A stretch of 14,971 nucleotides of DNA from Candidatus Tepidifontimicrobium thermophilum (GTDB lineage Bacteria > Sysuimicrobiota > Sysuimicrobiia > Sysuimicrobiales > Sysuimicrobiaceae), in assembly GCA_031459915.1 (NCBI GenBank), contig JAVKHO010000030.1, positions 1 through 14,971 of the forward strand, in the 5' to 3' direction. The notes under the pieces were generated by a model. It made no database searches. It was not told the origin of the DNA and saw only the letters and a list, made by a program, of their open reading frames with translations. The position numbers and the translations under genes are program-made. Positions 1-8,028 of the stretch are shown here, piece by piece. The first letter of the stretch is position 1. Each line of letters starts with the position of its first letter.

Positions 1-270
1 GTCCTGGAGGCCGACGTGGTGGTGGCCGGGCTGGCTGACGGCCGCGAAGTGTACTTGCTGGCCGAAGTGTCCGGCACCATCACCGCCCACGACGTCCGTA
101 GGGCCCGGGCGCGTGCCGCAGCCTTAGAAAAAGCCACCGGCTACCCCGTACTGCCCGCGGTGGCCGGCGAACACCTCTCCGACGACCGGGAAACCCAGCA
201 GGAAGCTACGGCCGTCTGGCGCGTCCTGGACGGCCGCGTTGAGCCTCCCTCCAAGACCCCTCCCCCGTGA
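1..270 (+). CDS. 5'-truncated C-terminal part of a PD-(D/E)XK restriction-endonuclease-like domain protein (DUF3782-like)
   Basis: Frame 1 is open from base 1: VLEADVVVAG...VYLLAEVSGTITAHDVRRARARAAALEKATGYPVLPAVAG. The E-x-D...E-V-S...D-V-x-R pattern is typical of this nuclease-fold family. Stop TGA at 268-270. Confidence 0.6.
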   Translation, partial: VLEADVVVAGLADGREVYLLAEVSGTITAHDVRRARARAAALEKATGYPVLPAVAGEHLSDDRETQQEATAVWRVLDGRVEPPSKTPPP

Positions 271-366
271 GCTCGATCCTGGAGGCGCTTCGCCAGGTCC
301 TGGAATAGCCCCATCGCTACGCCGGGGAGCAGCCCGGGCCAGAGGACGCGCCGCTGGTGGTAGAAG

Positions 367-603
367 TCACAGAGACCTCTCCACCTCCAGCAGGCCTACC
401 AGGAAGGCCAGATAAGTCAGCTGCTGGGCCGCGGCAGCGTCAGCGTGGTTGACTACCGCCTCGGCGGCGCGACGCAGCCCCAGTTCCTTCAGCAACTCCT
501 CGGCACGGGCCAGCCAAATGTTGCGGCCGACCGCACACCGTGGCCTGTCCTGCAGCCTGAAATGGCCACCAGGGGAGCACAGGTGGACAGCCAAGAGTCG
601 ACC
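367..603 (-). pseudogene. Probable IS21-family remnant (IstB N-terminal fragment, possibly preceded by an IstA C-terminal scrap)
   Basis: 513->367 reads LARAEELLKELGLRRAAEAVVNHADAAAAQQLTYLAFLVGLLEVERSL*, resembling the IstB N-terminal helix region (L..LGL......A....lsY..FL..LL..E). GRLLAVH (603-583) resembles the IstA C-terminal motif. No Walker A follows. Confidence 0.5.
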
Positions 604-645
604 GCAGGTCTGACCGACTGGAGAGCGCGAAGCGGGTGGCTGGCC

Positions 646-1242
646 GTGCCCCATTCGTTGGATTCGCTCACACGTCCACACCTGCAGGCCCACCGCACGG
701 ACCGCCTTCTCGACCCCACCGCCCTGTTCGAGATCCGCACCCCGGACGGGGAGCTGGTGGGGCGGGCGGTGGAGCGGTGCGACCGCCGGTGGCTGCGGTG
801 GCTCAAATACACCCGGCTGCGGGAGCTAACCCCTCTGGTCCTGCACGTGGAAGCTGCAGACGGCACCCCCGCGTTCACCCTCCAGCGGGAGTGGGACTGG
901 CTGGATCGCAAACCCGTGCGCGCGCTCAGACCATCCGGTGCCGGACTCCTGATGTTCCAGCGCTTCCCCCGCCGGTGGTTCGGGCTCTGGGGGCAGCGCC
1001 TGACAGCGCCGGACGGACGGGTCCTCGCTACCCTCCACACCCTGCAGACCTGGGTATTCCGTGACCTGCACTACCAGCTCCGAGACCCCCTGGGCGTCCC
1101 CCTCGCGGACATCGTGTGGTCCGCCAGTGTCTGGTCACGGCCCCGGAACGGCGAGATCCGGGTCCACCGGCCGGAGGCCCTGCCTCCTTTTGGCTTCCTG
1201 GCTGCGCTCCTGGTCGTGGGCCTCTGGGTAGCCCGCCTGTAG
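646..1242 (+). CDS. Scramblase / LURP-one (Tubby C-terminal-like) family protein
   Basis: FEIRTPDGELVGRAVE...LHVEAADGTPAFTLQR...RLTAPDGRVLATL...YQLRDPLGVPLADI, ending in a hydrophobic helix (FGFLAALLVVG). The ORF is open from 445, but that 5' part overlaps the IS remnant, so GTG 646 is preferred. Start uncertain. Confidence 0.65.
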   Translation: MPHSLDSLTRPHLQAHRTDRLLDPTALFEIRTPDGELVGRAVERCDRRWLRWLKYTRLRELTPLVLHVEAADGTPAFTLQREWDWLDRKPVRALRPSGAGLLMFQRFPRRWFGLWGQRLTAPDGRVLATLHTLQTWVFRDLHYQLRDPLGVPLADIVWSASVWSRPRNGEIRVHRPEALPPFGFLAALLVVGLWVARL

Positions 1243-1323
1243 GGCTACCTGCTTTCCAGCTGGTGCGGCGTGCCGACATAGGACACAGCCACGGCCTGCA
1301 CCTCTCCCGGCCTTTGTCGCCCT

Positions 1324-1369
1324 GACCTCGAGACCCGTCCCTCGGTCTCTGTCGCCTGGGGACGAGGTC
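1324..1369. repeat. Nested inverted repeats upstream of the RAYT gene (REP-like hairpin)
   Basis: GACCTCG (1324-1330) / CGAGGTC (1363-1369); inner GAGACC (1330-1335) / GGTCTC (1344-1349); alternative pairing CGTCCC (1336-1341) / GGGACG (1359-1364). Confidence 0.45.
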
Positions 1370-1430
1370 CTAAAACGCCAGGCAGCCGTGTTCACTCAGT
1401 AAGGCCGACGGAAAACGGTAGGGAGAAGCC

Positions 1431-1645
1431 GTGCCACGCCAGCTCAGGGGAGTGCTGCCCGAGGGCGTCTACCACGTCACAAGCCGCGGCAACCGCCGCG
1501 AGCGACTGTTCCACACCCCCGATGCCTTCGAGGAGTACCTGAAGCTGCTCCGCCGCCTGTCCGAGCGCTACGGCGTGGACGTGCTGGCTTACGTCTTGAT
1601 GCCCAACCACGTCCACCTCCTCCTCCACGCCCCTGAGGCAGTCCT
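1431..1645 (+). pseudogene. Truncated REP-associated tyrosine (HUH/Y1, IS200-like) transposase, RAYT
   Basis: MPRQLR...GVYHVTSRGNRRERLF...AYVLMPNHVHLLLHAPE carries the YHVTSRG and MPNHxH (HUH) motifs. Similarity ends at about residue 70, so the catalytic-Tyr half is missing. The ORF runs on to 1754 in unrelated sequence. GGGAG SD upstream of the GTG. Confidence 0.85.
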
Positions 1646-1647
1646 GC

Positions 1648-1946
1648 CAGCCTCCCGAGGGTCGGCAGCACCTACCTCTGGAGCGTGGCGGCGTACCAGT
1701 CGAGCGTCTTGGTCCTCGCGCGTCGGCTGGCCTTCTCCAGCGACCGCTGGGTGAGCTCGGACAAGGTTATCCCGGATGGCACAGTCAGCCGCCCGAGATC
1801 CCGCTCGCGTAGCAACCCGTGGAGAACAGCCTCTGCGTCTTTCTTCGTGCCGTGGACGGTCTTCGAAAGCCACTTCCTCGAGCCCGTGGCCGGGTCCCTG
1901 CCCAGGTAGAGGCGCGCTCTCCCCTCTTCCGGATCTGCCCCGCCAC
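1648..1946 (-). pseudogene. Tyrosine recombinase / phage integrase, N-terminal fragment (arm-binding plus SAM-like domain)
   Basis: Manual translation from GTG 1946 (AGGAG SD upstream): MAGQIRKRGESA [frameshift] RLYLGRDPATGSRKWLSKTVHGTKKDAEAVLHGLLRERDLGRLTVPSGITLSELTQRSLEKASRRARTKTLDWYAATLQR*VLPTLGRL. In-frame TAG at 1674-1672. No catalytic domain. Confidence 0.85.
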
Positions 1947-1988
1947 GGCGGCCTAACTCTCCTGTACTCGCGTTGACTCCGGCATATC

Positions 1989-2007
1989 AGGCGCACTATA
2001 GGCGCAC
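1989..2007. repeat. Tandem direct repeat AGGCGCAC x2 (candidate integrase arm-type binding sites)
   Basis: AGGCGCAC at 1989-1996 and 2000-2007 (11-bp period), between the tRNA 3' end and the integrase start. Confidence 0.45.
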
Positions 2008-2078
2008 AACCGACGAGGACCGACCGCGGGCGGATTCACCGGACTTGGCAGTGATGCTTGTCCTGACTGGGTTTGAGC

Positions 2079-2154
2079 TGGCGCGCCCGGAGGGATTCGA
2101 ACCCCCGACATGCTGCTTAGAAGGCAGCCGCTCTGTCCCCTGAGCTACGGGCGC
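2079..2154 (-). tRNA. tRNA-Arg(TCT)
   Basis: GCGCCCG-TA-GCTC-AGGGGACA-GAGC-G-GCTGC-CTTCTAA-GCAGC-ATGTC-GGGGG-TTCGAAT-CCCTC-CGGGCGC-G-CCA: 76-nt cloverleaf, anticodon TCT, encoded CCA. Confidence 0.98.
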
Positions 2155-2162
2155 CCGCACCC

Positions 2163-2191
2163 ATTCTACCGACCCGCCTCGCCCTCACCAA
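2163..2191 (-). promoter_or_regulatory. Putative sigma70 promoter of tRNA-Arg, overlapping the moaB stop codon
   Basis: Minus strand TTGGTG (2191-2186) - 17 nt - TAGAAT (2168-2163), 8 nt before the mature tRNA 5' end. Confidence 0.55.
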
Positions 2192-2717
2192 CCCGGGGCC
2201 TGGGCGGGCGGCTCGCTTCCCACACCAGGTGGCCCAGCTCCGGCAGCACCAGCTTCTCCATGGCCAGCTGCACCGCCGCGGGCGAGCCGGGCATGGCCAG
2301 CACCACCTTTCCCCGCGCCACCCCGCCCACCGCCCGGCTCAGCATGGCCGCAGGCCCCACCTCCTGGTAGGACAGCATCCGGAACAGCTCCCCGAACCCG
2401 TCCAGCCGCTTTTCCAGTACCTCCGAGACCACCTCGCAGGTCCGGTCCCTGGGCGCGATGCCCGTCCCGCCGGTGGTCAGCACCGCCTGGACGTCGGGGT
2501 CGCCCAGCGCCTGATCGAGCCACGTGCGGATCTCGGCCGGCTCGTCGGGAACGATGCCCCGACGGACCACCACGTGGCCTGCGGACTCCAGCAGCTGCAC
2601 CACCAACCGCCCGCCCTCGTCGGTCTCTAAGGTGCGGGTGTCGCTCACCGTGAGGACCGCGCACCGCACGGGCCCGCGCCCCTTGTCCCTGTGCTCCTGG
2701 ACGCTCGGGCTGGTCAT
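2166..2717 (-). CDS. moaB: Molybdenum cofactor biosynthesis protein B (MoaB/MogA family)
   Basis: CAVLTVSDTRT, TTGGTGIAPRDRT, GFGELFR, AMLSRAVGG and MPGSPAAV motifs. ATG at 2717 with GGGAGG SD. Confidence 0.92.
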   Translation of the reverse strand: MTSPSVQEHRDKGRGPVRCAVLTVSDTRTLETDEGGRLVVQLLESAGHVVVRRGIVPDEPAEIRTWLDQALGDPDVQAVLTTGGTGIAPRDRTCEVVSEVLEKRLDGFGELFRMLSYQEVGPAAMLSRAVGGVARGKVVLAMPGSPAAVQLAMEKLVLPELGHLVWEASRPPRPRVGEGEAGR

Positions 2718-2730
2718 CTTGCCTCCCAAT

Positions 2731-3990
2731 TCAGTCGCCGTCTGCGGGCACCTGACCCGTGACACGCTTCGCGCCCACCGCCAGCCGGTCCTGTCCGGCC
2801 AGCTCCGGAGCCGCCAGCCAGGCCGCCACGGCGCTGGCCACCACCAGGGCCCCGTTGACCGCGAGGCTGGCGACCACGCCTGCTGCGTCCGCCAGCCAGC
2901 CCGCGAACAGGCTGCCTGCGGGCCCGCTGCCGATCAGGGCCAGGGTGTACAGGCTCATGACCCGGCCGCGGTAGCGGTCGTCCACCAGGGACTGGATGGT
3001 GGCGTTGGTGGTGGACATGTACGCGATGAGGAAGAAGCCTGCCACGGCCATGGCCGCGCAGGCGGACCACAGGGTCCTGGTGGCGGAGAACAGCACCAGC
3101 CCTACCCCGCTGGCCGCCGCCAAGCCCACCACCGCGCGACCGGGGCGGAACTCGCGGACGCTGGCCACCGCCAGGGCTCCCAGGGTGGCGCCCACGCCCA
3201 CCGCGGCAAACAGCAGTCCGTTCTCTGCGGGCCCCCCTCTGAGGACCCGCACCGCAAACGCGGGCATGACCACCATCCACGCGAAGCCGAAGGTGCCCAC
3301 AGCGGCCAGCAGCAGCAACAGCGCCTGCAGCGGCGGGTGGCGGCGGACGTAGCGGACCCCGTCCGCTGCCTGCCGCAGGATGCCCGCGTCCTCGGGGACC
3401 GCGCGGGGTGCTTCCGGGAGCCGGACCCGCCACATGGGGACGATCACCGCGAGGTAGGAGACCGCGTTGGCGGCGAAACACCACGCCGGACCCACGGCCC
3501 TGTACACGAGGCCGGCCACCGCAGGCCCGAACACCCGCGAGGCGTTGAAGGCCGCGGAGTTCAGGGCCACCGCGTTGGCCAGGTCCTCCCGGTCCACCAG
3601 CGCTGGCACCAGGGCCTGGCGGGTGGGGTTGTCCACCGCCATCACCACGCCGTTCCAGAAAGCGAAGGCCACCACGTGCTCGAACCGCACCGCACCCGCG
3701 AAGGTGAGTCCCGCGAGCACCGCGGCCGAGACCATGAAGGCGCTCTGCGCCACCAGCAGCAGCCGGCGCCGGTCGTACCGGTCCGCCACCGCTCCGCCGG
3801 GCAGGGCGAAAAGCAGGGACGGCAGGCTGAAGGCGAACACCACCATCCCGGTCCGCAGCGCCGACCCGGTGAGCTCGTACACCAGGTAGCTCTGGGCGGT
3901 GCTCTGCATCCACGTGCCCACCAGGGAGACCAGCATGCCGGTCCAGTACGTCCGGAAGGCTGGGTGCCGGAGCGCCCGGAAGGTGCCCAC
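2731..3990 (-). CDS. MFS transporter (DUF894/MFS_3, H+ antiporter-like)
   Basis: FRALRHPAFRTYW...SLVGTWMQ, GGAVADRYDRRRLL (motif A), NAVALNSAAFNASRVFGPAVAG, YRGRVMSLY; about 12 TM helices. GTG 3990 follows a GGAGG SD and the ArsR stop. Confidence 0.93.
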   Translation of the reverse strand: MGTFRALRHPAFRTYWTGMLVSLVGTWMQSTAQSYLVYELTGSALRTGMVVFAFSLPSLLFALPGGAVADRYDRRRLLLVAQSAFMVSAAVLAGLTFAGAVRFEHVVAFAFWNGVVMAVDNPTRQALVPALVDREDLANAVALNSAAFNASRVFGPAVAGLVYRAVGPAWCFAANAVSYLAVIVPMWRVRLPEAPRAVPEDAGILRQAADGVRYVRRHPPLQALLLLLAAVGTFGFAWMVVMPAFAVRVLRGGPAENGLLFAAVGVGATLGALAVASVREFRPGRAVVGLAAASGVGLVLFSATRTLWSACAAMAVAGFFLIAYMSTTNATIQSLVDDRYRGRVMSLYTLALIGSGPAGSLFAGWLADAAGVVASLAVNGALVVASAVAAWLAAPELAGQDRLAVGAKRVTGQVPADGD

Positions 3991-3991
3991 C

Positions 3992-5089
3992 TCACCGCCC
4001 TCCGGACTCCGTCCCGCCGCCACGCCCGAGTTGCACCAGCGCGCGGGCGGCCTCCTCCAGGGCCTGTGGCCGGAGCTGGTAGTACCGGACGTTCCGCCGC
4101 TCCACCACCCGCACCAGCCGCGCCGCCCGCAGGGTGGCCAGGTGGTGGAGGGCGGTCACGTGACTGGTGCCCAGGGCTTCCGCCACCTGCTGGGCGTACA
4201 GCTCCCGTTGCGCCAGCAGGCGGAGGATGCGCAGCCGGCTGGGGTCCGCCAGGGCCCGTGCGACCCGAACCACGTGTTCCTCCGGCGACTCCTCCGCGGG
4301 GCCGCCGCCCACGGGAACCACGTAGGTCCGGCTCCCCACGTGATCCGCGACGAGAGTGTACGGCCGCACGTGCCACGAAGGTGCCACCACCGCCTCGGCC
4401 ACCACGGAGGGGTCGGGTACCATCCCGCCCGTCGCCTCTTCCACGAACGCCTCCGCCGGCAGCTCCCGCAACCGCCGTCGCTTGGCCTCCGCGTCCCGGC
4501 GGACGTACTCGCACACCCTCGCCTCCTCCTGCGCGTAGACGGCCTCGTAGAACCGCCGCAGCAGGTGCACGAGACGGTCCCGGGTGGCCTCGGGGTCCGC
4601 CCGGGCGAGGCGCAGCGCCTGCGGGCGGCCCAGCTCCGCGGGGAAGGCTTCCGCAAACCTCCGCAGCGCCTGTTCCCGAACGATCCCCCGGCTCGCGAGG
4701 GCTTCCCGCAGGTGCTCCCGGGCAGGCCGGGCGGCGCGGGAGCTGGTGAGGAGTACCAGCAACAGCTCGTCCGGGGCCACCGTCTCCAGCTGCCCCAGGA
4801 AGCCCGCCACACCCGCGTCGGGCACCTGCCGCTCGAGCAGCGCCACCAGGGACACGAACAGCGCCCGTCCCCCTGCGAATGCTGCCAGGTCCCGTAAGGA
4901 AGCCGCCCCCAGGGCGCGCCGCGCGGACCGGACCCACGAGTCCCGGCAGTCGAACTGGAGTCCGCGGCCGTGCCGGTGCACCGCCAGCAGCGCTGCCAGG
5001 AAGTCGTACACGGGGGACGCTTCCACCCGGACGTGCACCCCCGCAGCGAGGGGAGACAGCACGATGGCAGAAGCTGGCTTGTGGGTCAC
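3992..5089 (-). CDS. ArsR/SmtB-family transcriptional regulator with long N-terminal domain and C-terminal HTH
   Basis: C-terminal ARALADPSRLRILRLLAQRELYAQQVAEALGTSHVTALHHLATLRAARLV is an ArsR wHTH. GTG 5089 with GGGAGG SD. Confidence 0.88.
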   Translation of the reverse strand: MTHKPASAIVLSPLAAGVHVRVEASPVYDFLAALLAVHRHGRGLQFDCRDSWVRSARRALGAASLRDLAAFAGGRALFVSLVALLERQVPDAGVAGFLGQLETVAPDELLLVLLTSSRAARPAREHLREALASRGIVREQALRRFAEAFPAELGRPQALRLARADPEATRDRLVHLLRRFYEAVYAQEEARVCEYVRRDAEAKRRRLRELPAEAFVEEATGGMVPDPSVVAEAVVAPSWHVRPYTLVADHVGSRTYVVPVGGGPAEESPEEHVVRVARALADPSRLRILRLLAQRELYAQQVAEALGTSHVTALHHLATLRAARLVRVVERRNVRYYQLRPQALEEAARALVQLGRGGGTESGGR

Positions 5090-5149
5090 CGGGTCCTCCC
5101 GCGTACCGCGCGGCCGACAGCCTGCCGGGCCCGCGGATGCAGACGACAC

Positions 5150-5170
5150 TCTACGTCTACGTAGATTTTA
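5150..5170 (-). promoter_or_regulatory. Candidate -10 box and palindromic operator upstream of the ArsR-MFS genes
   Basis: TAAAAT on the minus strand (5170-5165) abuts the perfect palindrome TCTACGTAGA (5156-5165), with an extra TCTACG copy at 5150-5155. Confidence 0.45.
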
Positions 5171-5209
5171 GGCTACATCGGGAAGTTGCGCGAACCCCGC
5201 CGTTGGGCG

Positions 5210-6301
5210 TCAGCTCCGGCGCGGGAACACCCGGGCTCGCTCGGACCGGATCCGCAGGCTCACCGGCTGCCCGGGGCGGAGCGGCGTGGAGGGATCTAGT
5301 CCGCGCACCTGCAGCCGCGTGCCGTCTGGTAGCGCCACCTCCGCCTGCAGGGTCCAGCCCAGGTAGTCGGTCGCCACCACGGTCCCGCGCAGGCCGCCCG
5401 CGTCCCCGAAAGACAGCTCCAGGTGCTCGGGCCGCACGGACAGCCACACAGGTTGCCCGGGTGCCGCCTCTCCTTCCACGGGTGCGGTCACCCGCGCGTC
5501 CCCCACCTGTACCTCCACCTCCGCGGACCCGCGCCGCACAACCACCCCCGGCAGCAGGTTCGCGCCCCCCAAGAAGTCAGCCACGAACACGTCCCTGGGG
5601 TTCTCGTACAGCTCCCGCGGGGTCCCGGCCTGCACCAGACGACCGGAGTCCAGCACCGCGATGCGGTCCGAAAGCACCAGGGCCTCCTCCTGGTCGTGGG
5701 TCACGTACAGGGTGGTGATGCCGAGGTCGCGCTGCAACCGGGCCAGCTCCGCCCGCATCTGGACCCGTAGCTTGGCGTCCAGGTTGCTGAACGGCTCGTC
5801 CAGGAGCAAAAGACCAGGCCGGACCACCAGGGCCCGGGCCAGGGCCACCCGCTGCTGCTGTCCGCCGGAGAGCTGCGAGGGGAACCGGCCCTCCATACCC
5901 GTGAGTCCCACCTTGTCCAGCGCCTCCGCCACCCGGCGCTGTACCTCCGCCCTCGGCACCCGGCGCTCCACCAGGCCGAACGCCACGTTGTCGAACACCG
6001 TCATGTGGGGCCACAGGGCGTAGTTCTGGAACACCATCCCCAGATTGCGGTCCCACGGCGGCAGGCGGGTGACGTCTTTCCCGTCGAACAGAACCCGGCC
6101 GTCGTCGGGCTCCACGAGTCCCGCCACGATCCGCAGGGTGGTGGTCTTCCCGCAGCCGCTGGGCCCCAGGAGGGTGAAGAACTCGCCGCGCCCCACGGAC
6201 AGCGAAAGCCCGTACACCGCCGCGGTGGCGCCGAACCGCTTGGTGAGCCGGTCCAGCTCCACCTCCACCGCCAGGACCCGTTCCTCCGAAACGGTCTCCA
6301 C
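5210..6301 (-). CDS. ABC transporter ATP-binding subunit (FbpC/PotA type, TOBE domain)
   Basis: Walker A GPSGCGKTT, Q-loop VFQNYALWPH, signature LSGGQQQR, Walker B LLLLDEP, H-loop YVTHDQEEA. GTG 6301 after GAGGAGG. Confidence 0.95.
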   Translation of the reverse strand: METVSEERVLAVEVELDRLTKRFGATAAVYGLSLSVGRGEFFTLLGPSGCGKTTTLRIVAGLVEPDDGRVLFDGKDVTRLPPWDRNLGMVFQNYALWPHMTVFDNVAFGLVERRVPRAEVQRRVAEALDKVGLTGMEGRFPSQLSGGQQQRVALARALVVRPGLLLLDEPFSNLDAKLRVQMRAELARLQRDLGITTLYVTHDQEEALVLSDRIAVLDSGRLVQAGTPRELYENPRDVFVADFLGGANLLPGVVVRRGSAEVEVQVGDARVTAPVEGEAAPGQPVWLSVRPEHLELSFGDAGGLRGTVVATDYLGWTLQAEVALPDGTRLQVRGLDPSTPLRPGQPVSLRIRSERARVFPRRS

Positions 6302-6312
6302 GACCAGCCTCC

Positions 6313-8028
6313 TCACCACGTGAGGGCGGGCCTGCGCCCGCCGATCCGGTTCGCCAGGTACGTCCCCACAGCCACCAGCACCACCGCCACGGTCCCCAGC
6401 GCCGCGGCCGCACCCCGTCCCCGGGGGCTCTGCGCGTACAGGTAGATCCCGTAGCTCAGCGGGCTTTGCTCCACCCGGCTGATGAGCAGCACCGTAGCGC
6501 TGAACTCCACCGCGGCGGTGACGAACACCAGCACCCCCGCGGCAACCGCCCCGCCCAGGACCAGAGGGAGCACCACCCGACGGAAGGTCCGCCACCGCCG
6601 CGCCCCGCACACCGCGGCTGCCTCCTCCAGGGTGGGGTGTACCTGCGCCATGGCCGCGGAGGTGGCCCGCACCGCGTACGGCAGCCTGCGGGCCACGTAC
6701 AGCATGGGGAAGATCAGCCACAGGGCCGTAAGGGGCACCCCCAGCCAGGGGACCGTCCACCGGTCGAACACCCGCAAAAACCCGATCCCCAGCACCACCC
6801 CCGGGACCGCGATGGGTGCAGTGGCCGCGAAGTCCAGTAGCCCAGGGGCAGGCACCCGGCCCCGGTGCTGCAGGTAAGCGACGCCCACCGCTACCGCCAC
6901 GGCCACCACTGCTGCGGTGGCGCTATAGAGCAGCGTGTTCAGGACGAACTGGGGAGCCCGGAACAGGATCTCCGCGTAGTGGTCGAGGGTGTAACCCGTG
7001 GGCAGGTACGTGAGGCTCCACACCCGGCTGACGGACATGAGCACCACGCCCAGGTGCGGGAGGAGGCCCAGGAACCCCACCAGCACCGAGAACGCCAGCA
7101 GCAGTCGCGGTCCCCAGCCCCTGAGTGGGCGGCCGGCAGCACGGCTGCCCGTCTGCAGGGTCGCCACCTCCCGCCTCTGCCCCAGCCGGGTGGCCAGCAG
7201 CACCGCAACCAGTGCCAGCGCCAGCATCACGATGGAGATGGCGTACCCGTCCGGGTCCTCCCGGGCGATGGTGGTGATGCGGAAGTAGGCCTGCGGGCCC
7301 AGCATGTTCTTCACGTTGAGGATGAGGGGCGTGCCCAGGTCGTCCGTGGATCGCACGAACACCAGGATGGCGCCCGCCGCGTACGCGGGAGCCACGAGGG
7401 GGAGCGTGACCCGCCACAGCAGGCGGACGCCCCGGGCGCCCGCCACCTTGGCGGCTTCCTCCAGGCTGGGGTCCACGTTGGCGAGGGCGTTGGTGACGGT
7501 GAGCAGGATGAACGGGAAGTAGTGCAGCGCGTGGGCCAGGATCACCCCCCTCAGGCCTTCCGCGGCCACGAACTGCACACCCAGCCGGTCCTCCAGGAAC
7601 AGCGTGAGGGCCCCGGCCCGGCCCAGAGCCTGGTTGAGCCCGATGGCGCCCACGAAGGGCGGGATCACCAGCGGCACCGTGAGCCAGGTGACCAGCACTG
7701 CCTGGCCCCGGAACTGGTAGCGGCCCAGCAAAAACGCCGCCGGCAGGGCCAGCAGGCTCGCCAGCAGCGTGGCGCCCAGCCCCGCGTACAGGCTGTTGCG
7801 CAGCGACTCCAGGTACAGCGGCGTGTAGAAGAACCGGGCTACGTGCGCGAGGGTGAACCCGCCCGAGTCTACCAGGGCGCCCCGCAGGACGGAGGCGATG
7901 GGGAGCACCACCAGCACGCCCACCACCACCAGCAGCGCCGCGTACAGCGCCAGGTGCGCGGGCTCGTAGCGCCACCGCGGCCGCCAGAGCGCCGCAGGGG
8001 ACGGAGCCGTGACCGCTCGGGGTTCCAA
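6313..8028 (-). CDS. ABC transporter permease, fused two-domain FbpB/AfuB type
   Basis: Two EAA loops (DPSLEEAAKVAGA; HPTLEEAAAVCGA) and many TM helices. Start (TTG 8028 or GTG 8013) uncertain. Confidence 0.93.
   Translation of the reverse strand: MEPRAVTAPSPAALWRPRWRYEPAHLALYAALLVVVGVLVVLPIASVLRGALVDSGGFTLAHVARFFYTPLYLESLRNSLYAGLGATLLASLLALPAAFLLGRYQFRGQAVLVTWLTVPLVIPPFVGAIGLNQALGRAGALTLFLEDRLGVQFVAAEGLRGVILAHALHYFPFILLTVTNALANVDPSLEEAAKVAGARGVRLLWRVTLPLVAPAYAAGAILVFVRSTDDLGTPLILNVKNMLGPQAYFRITTIAREDPDGYAISIVMLALALVAVLLATRLGQRREVATLQTGSRAAGRPLRGWGPRLLLAFSVLVGFLGLLPHLGVVLMSVSRVWSLTYLPTGYTLDHYAEILFRAPQFVLNTLLYSATAAVVAVAVAVGVAYLQHRGRVPAPGLLDFAATAPIAVPGVVLGIGFLRVFDRWTVPWLGVPLTALWLIFPMLYVARRLPYAVRATSAAMAQVHPTLEEAAAVCGARRWRTFRRVVLPLVLGGAVAAGVLVFVTAAVEFSATVLLISRVEQSPLSYGIYLYAQSPRGRGAAAALGTVAVVLVAVGTYLANRIGGRRPALTW

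Noticed and set aside
1245..1320. Possible C-terminal gene scrap on the minus strand (RQRPGEVQAVAVSYVGTPHQLESR*)
   Set aside because: Too short to assign to any family.
1330..1349. Outward-facing BsaI pair (GAGACC...GGTCTC), as in a Golden Gate cassette
   Set aside because: No other vector or synthetic features; better explained as a natural hairpin beside the RAYT.
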